From assembly GCA_029953675.1 (NCBI GenBank), contig JAMWBK010000008.1:1-64000 (forward strand): a DNA stretch of 64,000 bases, given 5' to 3'. The stretch comes from Rhodosorus marinus CCMP1338 (Eukaryota; Plantae; Rhodophyta). A program made the position numbers and the translations under genes. This document shows, piece after piece, positions 34,937 through 45,523 of the stretch (its first letter is position 1; every line of letters begins with the position of its first letter). The notes below the pieces were generated by a model, which saw nothing but the letters and a program-made list of their open reading frames with translations, searched no databases and had not been told where the DNA came from.

Positions 34937-35404
34937 ATTTCGAAAAATAAAAAAAGGGTCAGAAGGGGCGCTGTTATTAGGAAAGTAGATGGTTATCGTA
35001 GTGCTGAGAGCAGCTCCCGGCTCCGCATTCTGAACGACCGTTGCCGGCTCCGCACCCTGAACGACCGTTGCCGGCTCCGCACCCTGAACGACCGTTGCCG
35101 GCTCCGCACCCTGAACGACCGTTGCCGGCTCCGCACCCTGAACGACCGTTGCCGGCTCCGCACCCTGAACGACCGTTGCTGGCTCCGCACCCTGAACGAC
35201 CGTTGCCGGCTCCGTACCCTGAACGACCGTTGCCGGCTCCGCACCCTGAACGACCGTTGCCGGGCCAGCACTCGGAACGAATTTGTGACTGGCAACCTGA
35301 ACGCCCGCCTGATTTTTCTCCGCAAGATGAACTTTCTCGATCAGCGGAACCGCCATCGTGAACCCTAGCACGGCGACAAGAATTAATGCGCTCAACTTCA
35401 TCAT
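34934..35404 (-). CDS. Small secreted protein with 9 x PATVVQGAE (27-bp tandem repeat); the stop codon lies at the junction with a T element
   Basis: Signal peptide MMKLSALILVAVLGFTMA. The repeat lies at about 35023-35270, and the TAG is shared with the element's tagcatgagacccc. Confidence 0.6.
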   Translation of the reverse strand: MMKLSALILVAVLGFTMAVPLIEKVHLAEKNQAGVQVASHKFVPSAGPATVVQGAEPATVVQGTEPATVVQGAEPATVVQGAEPATVVQGAEPATVVQGAEPATVVQGAEPATVVQGAEPATVVQNAEPGAALSTTITIYFPNNSAPSDPFFIFRN

Positions 35405-35639
35405 GTTCAATCCGCTCTCTCTGCAAGGATTAGACAACTTCGGCCGACCTTCTACAAGCTCGTTTACTCCCGTCGAAATTCAACCTGAGCTCTTATCACA
35501 ATCCCCGCTTCTGGCAATGTACGACTTGTCACATATCCCTCGACCAACACATCCCAATCCTCAGCAAGCATCGCTTTACTTATAACAAAAACAAAAACCC
35601 CAGATCACATATCCTCGCAAAGACCGTGGACGTTGTGAG

Positions 35640-36530
35640 CGGGCATTCCTGCAAGATGGCGAGAGCACTATGTGTACCTCGTTCCGTCAATAACAATGAC
35701 CTGAGTGACTACAACCTCCACGCGGTCAAAATCTATTGACTATAACCATCAGTGCTCACCGGGTGGAGAGTTTGGTCTCGCATTTGGAGTTTCTGATTTG
35801 TTCGGAAATGCGAGTAATTCTCGAATCATGAGGCTAGTGGTTATTTACCGTCTGCGGGAGAGCGCAGTGGAACTACCGCGGCAACGATGAGACGTCGCAA
35901 AGAAGTGAAATATGCGGGGGCCTGATCTTCCGCTGGAATACGAGCTTCGGCTTTTCATCATACCTTGATACCTGTTTTGGTCATTGAGTGTTTTGGGTTT
36001 ATTAACTCCGTTGGTTCTCGTTGGATTCGGGATTTGTTCCACGAGTGCCGTGACCGTGTCTCCTCGTTGTTTACCCGTCCAAGTTTCCTGCAATAACCTG
36101 AGTGACTGCAACCTCCGCGCTGCCAAAAACTCCTGACTGTAACCATCAGTGCTCACCGGGTGGAGAGTTTGGTTCTCCCACTTGGAGTTTCTGATTTGCT
36201 CTAATTCTCGAATCGTCAGGCTAGTCGTTATTTACCGGCTGCGGGAGAGCGCAGTGGAACCACCGCGACAACGATGAGACGTCGCAAAGAAGTGAAATAT
36301 GCTGCGGCCTGATCTTCCGCTGGAATACGAGCTTCGGCTTTTCCTCATGCCCCGATACCTGTTTTGGTCATTGAATGTTTTGGGTTTATTGATTCCGCTG
36401 GTTCTCGTTGGATTCGGGAGTTGTTCCGCGAACGCCGTGACCGTTTCCCCTCGTTTTGTTCACCCGTCGAAGTTTCCTGCTGTGTCGCTGTTTCGCTGTT
36501 AGATCCTGGCAATCTTCACGGGATCTAGTC
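35640..36530 (+). mobile_element. Old, tandemly duplicated X-like endonuclease relics
   Basis: Degenerate matches to the X 3' region (cgatgagacgtcgcaaagaagtgaaatatgc occurs twice). Confidence 0.6.
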
Positions 36531-37093
36531 TTTTTTTACCGCGGGGCTTTTTTTTCTGTCCCAGATTATACAAATTACTCAATTTCCTGGCGCGATGTAT
36601 TGTTTTTAATGAACTTATCCATAGCCTTGCGTCACTATGCCTTCTGCCATCGTATGCTGAGTGCTCCTTGGGGCATAGGGTTTACTGAAGTTTTGTAAAA
36701 ACTGCAACACAAAGTGCAAAAATAAAGCTGAGATCAGCTGATGTGATTATGAGAAAACGCTGAGGCATTTAGGCTCGCGTTAAGAACGAATGGTTTTATC
36801 GTTAAGAAACGCATAATCAGTCATCACATACGGGAACTATAAGGAGTTCGCTAGGAAAAAGGAAAAGTACCTCATACTAAAGCAAATCTGTTCATCCCTC
36901 CCCGCCCCAAACAAAAAAACTGGTGGTTTTACTTCCATCCACTAAATTTCTGTTTCTAGCGCGGCCACGGACAAATAAGTCTATTAATAGACTTCGAGTC
37001 ACGGTAGAAAATTAGCGCGTTTGGACGCCGTAGAATCTCTTTATTATTAACTAGTATGAAAGTCTCCGAAGCGTGGAGCCTACAGTCCCTCAG

Positions 37094-37299
37094 GTCATTT
37101 GCTATTGGCGGAACGAGGTACATTTCTGAAAGACGCACCTACTTAATTTCAATAGAAAATAAAATGAGTGGCAAAAAACTACGCTTTTACGTGCGTTAAG
37201 ATCGCTCACCTCCAGCACCCAGTGTTCATACGTCTTACTCAGAAACCAGTCGGTGCTTCCTTGGCGGAGAAATATACCCCGTTCCGCCAATAGCAATGA
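37094..37299. mobile_element. MITE-like element with about 21-bp terminal inverted repeats
   Basis: gtcatttgctattggcggaacg ... cgttccgccaatagcaatgac. The left end recurs at about 37585 within a local duplication. Confidence 0.45.
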
Positions 37300-38279
37300 C
37301 CAAAGTAACTACAACCTCCACGCTGCCTAAACGCACTTTCTGATGGTAAATAGACTCATTTGTGTAGGGAATGAATGAATGAATGGTTTAATCGAACCCC
37401 ATTTTCAAAGGTCGCCGATCTTTGCGAGGATACGTGGTATGGGGTTAAAGTAAAGCGATGCTTTCCGAAGACTGGGATGCGTTGGACGAGGGATATCTGA
37501 CAAGTCGGACATTGGAATCACGCTAGAAAATTTGGGCGTTTGAACGCCGCAGAATCTTCTTATTATTAACCAGTATATCACTCAGGTCATTTGCTATTGG
37601 CGGAACGAGGTACATCTCTGGAATGGAAGGAAAGGCGCGTCTGCTTAATGTCAATAGAAAACAAAAGGAGGAGCAAAAACCGCCCTTTCTGATTGTAAAT
37701 AGACTCATTCGGGTACGGCGTAGCGAGAAAAACATTTTCATTGGTGCTGGTGATGAGAACAGAATTAGCGCTTGGAAGCTCAAAGGTTCTTCAATGGAGG
37801 TTATCTCAGCTTCTTACCTGGGCAGGTTCCAGAGTGGGTCTTCAGGGAGCAACTTTGGAGCTGTCATATTTAGTAAGGGTCTAGTGTGCGTGAGTGCCAC
37901 TCTTGCTGAACGTGTCCAGGTTGTATTCTATCCTGGAGATATTTTTGGGTGAAAATGTTTTTTGTACCGGAGACCCCTGGACAGGGGGTCTAAGTGAGTT
38001 TAGCGCGACACAGAGTAGTGGTATTGCCCTGCAGTAGGTAGCTGCCTAATAAAGTCTATGGTGACAAGATGGGGAAGCAGTTCTGTGGAGATGGTGAAGC
38101 ATCTATAGAAGCGTCTAGAAAGCTCTAGCCCCTATCCCTCCGCTTATCGTTAAACCTGAGAGTTCCAGCAGTATTTCGAACAGGACAAGGGATAGAAGAG
38201 CTAGTTAAGCTCGACCCTTGCGGACCTCTTCTTCATGCCTGTGCCCTACAGCTCGTACTTTTACGTCTTTCGACTGAGG

Positions 38280-38700
38280 TCTCGGATCTTCGAATCTGCG
38301 CGTACCACGATGACGTAACATTGCTGGGCACCCCTGACACCCTGGCTCGGGGGCTGACCGCGATCGAAGCGATTGCACGTCGCGTCGGTTTGACTGTGGA
38401 AACAGAAAAATGTCGCTTTCTCCCCCCGAGGGACGTGTCGCTGGCCTCTCTGCCACCCACTCTGCGACTAATCAGCGAACGTGAAGGGTTCGAACACCAC
38501 GGCGTCGGATTGGGGACTGACAACTTTGTCCAAGCTTCCTGCGAGCGAGTTTTGGCACGGCACAAGCAACTTACCGACGCCATTGAGCACCTACCCGACA
38601 GCATACTGGAATCGGCCTGCTTGCTTTCCCACTTTTGTGCCGGTCCCAGACTCAACTACTGGTGGCGCAGCCTGCCTCCAGCTTGGGGCTCGTGGATCAC
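38280..38700 (+). mobile_element. Y-related RT fragment (YHDD region)
   Basis: AYHDDVTLLG...ESACLLSHFCAGPRLNYW matches the Y ORF2. Confidence 0.78.
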
Positions 38701-39128
38701 GGGCTCGCCAGCCACAGAGCGTCGGTGAGTCCGCGTTGTCGCTTCCATATCCAAGTCTATACACTGGTGCGAGCTCCGGCAAGTGTTCGTCCACCAGTTG
38801 CTTGGCAAGGCGTCGGTCGATGCGATTAAAGGCATTCTCAAGGTCTAGGCGAAGGACCACCGAATCGGCTTCGCATGACAAATGGGCCTGGATCGCGTGA
38901 AGGGAGCGTTCGCACCCGCCACTTACTCCAATACCCAGTTGTATGGGCACCCAGGAGCTCACGCACCCTGTCCATAACCGCGTGAAGAGTCCATTGCGTT
39001 GCTACCTTGCGCAAAACTTCTGGTACTCCGATAGGGCGAACTCCGGGATGCTCCTGCGGCACTGAACCCTTGTTAGGCTTCGTGAACGGCAGGAGTCGAC
39101 TACTGCGAAGGGCGCGGGTCAGAGCCGG
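38701..39128 (-). mobile_element. Internal RT fragment of a T family
   Basis: RPIGVPEVLRKVATQW, QLGIGVSGGCE and LRLDLENAFNRID. Follows a telomere unit (39129-39151) on the minus strand. Confidence 0.82.
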
Positions 39129-39151
39129 TAACCCCAGACTAACGTAACCCC

Positions 39152-40833
39152 GTAGCCTTTATTGGGCAGCTACCTAATGTAGCGCATCACACGATCACTA
39201 CGTACGCACTAACCAAACCTGGACTCCCTGTCCAGGAGTCTCATCTAAATTCTACTTAGGGGGAAATATCGGTCTATCTGCGCGATCTTTCTCGATCGCG
39301 TGTTCAACAAGCGCAGCATTGTGCTGCCACAAAATGCGGTTTAGTTGACCCCTCACCGACGATAGATGGGACTCACGATCATGCAGGTGCGCGCTCGCCG
39401 TTCGAAGAAATTCAAGGCTTGCCTGGCCCATTCGACCAAATGTCTCAAAAATGAACGGCACAAGAACCACATCTCGGTTTTGCCCCCTCAGCACTTCCTT
39501 ATAATGCAACGCCTTCGCTTGTTCGGCCTGTTTCGCAGCATACCCGCAGTTCCAGCTCGTATGTCTCAACTGATGCCTTTGAAGTGGCGATGTCACCATC
39601 ACATCCACCACGTACACGCATCCGCTCGTCGGGTGTCGTGCAACGATGTCTGGGCGAATTCCAGACCCGGCAAAGAACCCCTCAGGCTCTACTTGTATCT
39701 CCGTGAAACTCCATAGGTGTAACCATCGACTCAGTTCTACCTTTAGCTCGTCGTGCCTCTTGGTTCGCATCCCTGATGAGGTCCTGCAGTGGTGCAGCCG
39801 CTGGATCCCACGCACATCGTGTGGTTGCTCGCAGACCGTGCATGTGTGTGACCGCCCTAGTCCTTGCAGTGGTAGCCCTAGAAGCATCCGCATGCTCCAC
39901 AACATCTCATTTCGCGTCAACTGCCGCGGCCCTGTACTAGGACAGTCGCGTAGCCAGACCCCGCACCCCGTTCCAGATGCCGATCGGATCCTCGCCCGGT
40001 CTAGGTCGTCCAGTGTTGAATCTCCAGTAAGCTCCTCAAAGGCTTGTCGGTGACACTCTCGAGAGAGCGTTTTTTGGATCGGACCGTCAAACCTTTGGGT
40101 ACCTCCTGTGTCTTCCGCTGTGCCTTCCGCCGAGTCCTCCAGCGGTTGCCAATCGGCCAGCCTCTGGATCGGTGCACTGGTCGTCGCTGGCAAACGTCGT
40201 CTAATTGCGCGACTTGCCTCCACCAGTTGCCAAGCAAGTCCATCAGTTGTCCATCCAAGTCGCACCCGTCGCAGCGATTCTCCTTGTGCTGCCGCAATAC
40301 ACTCCTGGGAAAGCCGTTCGAGGTAGCGTGATTCAGTGGTGTTCTCTTACAGGCTTTGTTTCCACCCTGCATGGAAGGCAACTGGTTGAATTCTCGTGCG
40401 CGTGGCAAAGCCAAGTCCTCCCCATCGACATGGGAGTCGAATCTGTTTCTCAACCGCTGCAGCCTTACGTGCGGTGATATCCTGGTGTTGACATAGGCCT
40501 CCACACAAGCCTTCAAGCTCCGAGAGGGTGATCGCGTCCGCCTCGCGGGCAACGGTACGTCCAAGGGGGTACGCCAGCCCACGTGTATGATAATCGAGCC
40601 TTGTGCCTGCGCAGTACCGAAAGAGGGCCAGCTTGACTTGGAGTTCAGCATCGGGGAGTCGCTGAATCGATTTGACCAGGTTCGCATGTCGCGTTTGAAT
40701 AGCTCGACATTCTTCTTCCGCAAACACCCGAGTTCCAATTGGTATGGAGTACAACGTAGTCCCGGCGCGAGTCACTTGAATCTCAGGGATATCCAGGTTA
40801 ATCACCCTCGGCGTGTCCAGTCGTGGTGCGTAT
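39152..40833 (-). mobile_element. 5'-truncated family T-E, second copy
   Basis: Inverted match to 25418-26925, extended by about 160 bp. Confidence 0.9.
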
Positions 40834-40864
40834 AGTCTGGGGTAACCCCAGACTAACGTAACCC

Positions 40865-41156
40865 CTGGAGCTTCAAAAATGTATGGACCGAACATTATGA
40901 ACATGGGAAACACACGAGCAGGAAAGATCGCAAGCAAGGATGTGACTGCCACCAACAACAAGATCCTGTGGGAGAAGACCCAGGAACTTGTGGGTGTATA
41001 GGCCTCTGTGAATTTTCCGTTGTCTTGTGGGGTTCTTTGTTAATATTCCGTGCAAATTAAATACAGTATCGACAAGTAAACGGTTTGCAAGCAGCAACTT
41101 CACCGAGGGGTGAACCTGTTCCGTCTCCACGCCGGCAGTGCTATGTGCTACGATGC
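40865..41156 (+). repeat. Duplicate of the SDR gene 3' end and flank (44238-44529), capped by a telomere unit
   Basis: Essentially identical sequence at offset 3373. Confidence 0.9.
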
Positions 41157-41809
41157 TTCTAGTCACAGAGAACCTCGGCCCCACTTCGAGGAAATGATCG
41201 CCAGGTGTAGAATATAACTATCCTATGCACGTATCTTAGATTTAACGTGGAGATCCATCACCGTCAACCTTGAAGACCTTCCGCTCTTGGAGAGGATGAT
41301 TTGCCCTATCGAAAAGGTACTGGGGATCGTGAAGCGATGCCGTGTGACCACACTTACTAAGCTGTTTCCTATTCGAAATTGATCGACGATGACGGACAGT
41401 CCTACATTTTAATGGAATGCAATGAACTCGGGAAACTTAAGCTTCAAGGACCTTGCCTTCGGACCTTCTCCTGAACGTCGTCATTGGCCATGCGAAAAGA
41501 GTTCGAACTGACACAACCGACGAACCAATGTAACTTTATTTCCTGTACTAGGTGTCACTACTGACCCTACCGAAAAATAAAAGCATATACATTTGCCCCG
41601 CCAGCACACAGTAGACAGAAAACTCACAAAAATACAAATTGCAATTTCGGAAGAAAATCGGAGAAAACTACAGAGATTTCGGCTCATAGCAACGGCATGA
41701 AGGAATTTATTACAAATATGATTTCTTACAAAAGAGCAGAACTTTCGTCGTCTGAGCAAGGTCAGCTTAATTCCTTCTTCTAATTCCATAAAGCTAATCC
41801 CGGGTCACC

Positions 41810-42305
41810 CGTTGCAGATTACCCGGGTCTGAGCCGATTGTGGAGCTCACGCACTGATGTGATTAAACATAGCCTCACCTGGGGCCAGCACAGTGCCGTT
41901 CACCCAATCTTGCTCAACTCTCCCCTCACACCGCCTACCACCACTGCTCGCCTCCGCGGCATGGGAGGCCATCTATCGCACTTGTGGTTAACCACGCTGC
42001 CATCGTCACTGGGTCACCGTCTCGATGCCTTCCAGTTCCGCTCTGCCGCACGGATCTACCTCGGTTTGCCACAAGCTCCGTGGAACTCTAATCGGCCGTC
42101 TTTCTGTCAGGGATGTGAGAGTCGGATTGATGCTTGTGGTTACTTGGAACTTTTGCGGGGTTTAAGCGTCTCTCTGTGGCCCTACTTGAGCAGCATGCTT
42201 GCTCAGGCGCGCCATAGGCGCCTGGGTTTGCACGCTTCCCTAGCTAGTTCTTAGACCCTTTTCACGCCTTGCGTAGCGCTTCAGGCTATATGCTAATAAA
42301 GCCAG
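41810..42305 (+). mobile_element. Internally deleted Y-related 3' fragment
   Basis: WSSRTDVIKHSLTWGQHSA... homology, with a Y-type 3' UTR and aataaagcc tail. Confidence 0.75.
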
Positions 42306-42682
42306 CCATTTAAACCTCTAATTCTATTAGCAAAGAATGTTGTACCCCCTTACGAACGGATACCCAATTCTTAATATATATAGAAAAGAAAGGTTAAATT
42401 CGAGTTTACGCAAGTTTTACCACCGATCCCCCACCCCACCGTCCGAAAATTGTCGCGAAGAAAGATCCGACGGATTTTTAGAGAAGCATTTAAAAATGAA
42501 ACATATTCTATAGCTCCATGTATTTTGTATTGGAGAAACTTTTTCTTCGTAAACGAGATTCGTCTTCGGAACGTTCCACTTGCATTTTGTTTTGTGTGAT
42601 GGGGATCGTACTCCTGTGGGATTAAATTAAATAGGAAGGCTCTTGAGAAGGGTTTGTAACCTGAGAGAATCCTGTTTATTAA

Positions 42683-43326
42683 AAAAAACAATCTTCATGT
42701 TGATTGCGCGTCCGGTCCTGCAAATGTTGCTTATGAAAGCTCCTCATTCCGAAAACCTATACAAAACGACAGGATTAAATGAATATCAAGGGAGAAATAG
42801 TGTCTATATATGTACTGAATTTCCATTACTTTCCCGCTCATCGTCTGATGAGCAGGAAAGCTACTTTCATAATCAACAATTGCAGGACCGGAAGCGCAAT
42901 CGAACATGAAGATTGTTTTTGCTCTTTTATCAGGATCGAGATGGTGCTGAAGTATCGAACTCACCAACATCTTCTGGTACGACAGAATTTGTCTTCCTTT
43001 CCTGCTTCCGTTCTGGGAACTGGTGAAACCGTTGATTTGCCCAGTTCCTATTGAATCTAATCATTCATGTTGATCGCGCTTCCGGTCCTGCAAATGTTGC
43101 TTATGAAAGCTCCTCATGCCGAAAACCCATACAAAACGACAGGATTAAATGAATATCAAGGGAGAAATCGTGTCCATATATGAAAAGAATTTCCATTACT
43201 TTCCCGTTCATCATCTGATGAACAGGAAGGCTACTTTCATAATCAACAATTGCAGGACCGGAAGCGCAATCAACATGAAGATTGTTTTTGCTCTTTTGCA
43301 CAAAAAGAGCAAAAACAATCTTCATG
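42683..43326. mobile_element. Two tandem copies of a about 230-bp MITE-like element (42683-42920 and 43064-43289) with about 40-bp TIRs, plus a 24-bp-stem palindrome (43274-43326)
   Basis: aacaatcttcatgttgattgcgc..ccggtcctgcaa is mirrored by ttgcaggaccggaagcgcaat..catgaagattgtt in both copies. Confidence 0.65.
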
Positions 43327-43477
43327 TCTATGAGCACATACCTGAAGGGTATAAATGCTCAAGATGTGGAGTGCTTTTCGTGGGCTTGGCGAGGGGACAA
43401 CGTATCGGACAAGAGCAATACAGAGTACGGATCAACTGTATTAAAGTTTTTGGGGAAATTGTGATATATGGGAGAAG

Positions 43478-44374
43478 ATGGGTTTCGATTTCAACAAGAT
43501 ACCGGATCAGAGCGGGAAAGTCGCGATTGTTACCGGATCGAATATCGGCATTGGGTTCTCTACCGCAAAGTACCTCGTGCTTAACAACGCACACGTTATC
43601 ATCGCGTCGCGAACCCCGAAGAAGGGACTTGATGCAGTAGCGGAGCTCAAGAAGATGAAGCCTGATGCCAAGGTGGAGTTCATGCAGCTGGATTTAGCGA
43701 ATTCGGATAGCATAAGATCGTTTGCAAACGCGTTTATCGAGAAAGGACTGCCGCTTCACCTTCTCGTCAACAACGCCGGTGTAGGGGGGGTCCCACATTC
43801 CAAGACCGTGGATGGCTATGAAGTAACGCTAGGGACAAACCATTTGGGGACGTACCTACTAACGATTCTACTGTTAGACACGCTGAAGAAGTCGGCTCCT
43901 GCAAGGGTGGTCACAGTGTCGTCACTGATGGCGAACATGTCAAAGGCCGACCTAGATGATGTGGCGGGAAGGAGCTACGAGAAGAGCGGTCTTGATGTGT
44001 ATGGGACTAGCAAGCTGTACAACGTTATGTTCGCGCAAGAGCTTGATAATCGCGTGCGGGCGGACGGAGTAAGGTCGTTTGTGGTACAACCCGGTGTTGC
44101 AAAATCGGATTTGCTGAGAAAGGCAGAAACGAGCGCGGTGACAAGGATTACGAAGGGGATGAAGTTCATGATGCAGGCTCCTGACAAAGGTGCAATTTCC
44201 ACCCTGTACGCAGCAACATCGGACGAGGTGCTCGCTACTGGAGCTTCAAAAATGTATGGACCGAACATTATGAACATGGGAAACACACGAGCAGGAAAGA
44301 TCGCAAGCAAGGATGTGACTGCCACCAACAACAAGATCCTGTGGGAGAAGACCCAGGAACTTGTGGGTGTATAG
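43478..44374 (+). CDS. Short-chain dehydrogenase/reductase, retinol-dehydrogenase/WWOX-like classical SDR
   Basis: Motifs VAIVTGSNIGIG, LLVNNAG, TNHLG, VVTVSS and YGTSK. Confidence 0.92.
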   Translation: MGFDFNKIPDQSGKVAIVTGSNIGIGFSTAKYLVLNNAHVIIASRTPKKGLDAVAELKKMKPDAKVEFMQLDLANSDSIRSFANAFIEKGLPLHLLVNNAGVGGVPHSKTVDGYEVTLGTNHLGTYLLTILLLDTLKKSAPARVVTVSSLMANMSKADLDDVAGRSYEKSGLDVYGTSKLYNVMFAQELDNRVRADGVRSFVVQPGVAKSDLLRKAETSAVTRITKGMKFMMQAPDKGAISTLYAATSDEVLATGASKMYGPNIMNMGNTRAGKIASKDVTATNNKILWEKTQELVGV

Positions 44375-44513
44375 GCCTCTGTGAATTTTCCGTTGTCTTG
44401 TGGGGTTCTTTGTTAATATTCCGTGCAAATTAAATACAGTATCGACAAGTAAACGGTTTGCAAGCAGCAACTTCACCGAGGGGTGAACCTGTTCCGTCTC
44501 CACGCCGGCAGTG

Positions 44514-45523
44514 CTATGTGCCACGATGCCTCGCATACGAGTTTGGAAGAAATCTGGCACGCGAGGCCGACGTGATGACCAGATATCACCTGGAAATTCT
44601 CTTCGGAGGTCTCGCTACGACAGCTGTAGAGGACAATGAGTACGCAGAGCTGATCTCGGACCAAATCGCTCTGCCCTGCCGCTGGGGAGGTTTGGGTTTC
44701 GCTACTCGAAAGCGCGTCCAACCCATCGCGTTTTACTCGTCATGGAGAAACACCTTCCGGAACAATGAAGATGAATGGCCATACCTGACTGAACTAGAGC
44801 GGGAGGTTACGGCAGAACGCTCACAAGACACATACGAGCCGATGGATCAACGATGGTCGACTGCACAGCTGCCGGACCAGATCTGTGCATCGTCGCGAGC
44901 AATACAACGGAGGCTCGGACCAGAAACCCCGCCGCGGATCTTGGCACTGACTACCCTGCAACAACCGCGAGAAACATGTCTTCGAAGCGCACCGGGCGAG
45001 ACTGCAGCTTGGAATAATGGTTCAATACAACAAACCCTCTCTCGAGAGGCACACCATTGTGCATTCCAAAAGCTGGTCACCAACCCACGAATCTCCCCTG
45101 AAAACCGAGCTCGAATACGGTCTGCCGCGGGATCCGGGTCGGGAGTCTGGCTACGTGAAATACCAACGCTGACACCGAAAAAATTGAGTGCGGTTGAGAT
45201 GCAGGAAAACGTTCGACAACTGCTGGGTCTGCCAATTCCGGGATTGCGGACCACCGAGAAGTGCACTAGTTGCCGGAGTAAACACGGAAGGACTGGGGTA
45301 CAACGGTTGCATCACTGCCCAACATCAACTGGACTGTGGCAACGTAGGCATGACGAAATCTGCAGAGAGCTGGCACGGTGGCTAAGGCGATGGAACTTCA
45401 TGGACGTAGAGCAAGAACCTGAGGGGTACTTCGAGAACTACGGACTGAGACCTGATATCGTTGCTAGACATCCGAGGACCAAACAAAGGTATGCGCTGGA
45501 TGTGACGGTGGTGTCACCATTAC
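44514..45523 (+). mobile_element. Family T-H ORF2 fragment, truncated at both ends
   Basis: LPCRWGG, CTSC..HHC and RPDI..LDV. The 3' side is cut by the X tail. Confidence 0.85.

Noticed and set aside
37623-37952. WD40-like gene fragment
   Set aside because: Only a vague beta-strand pattern inside a locally duplicated region, which is insufficient.
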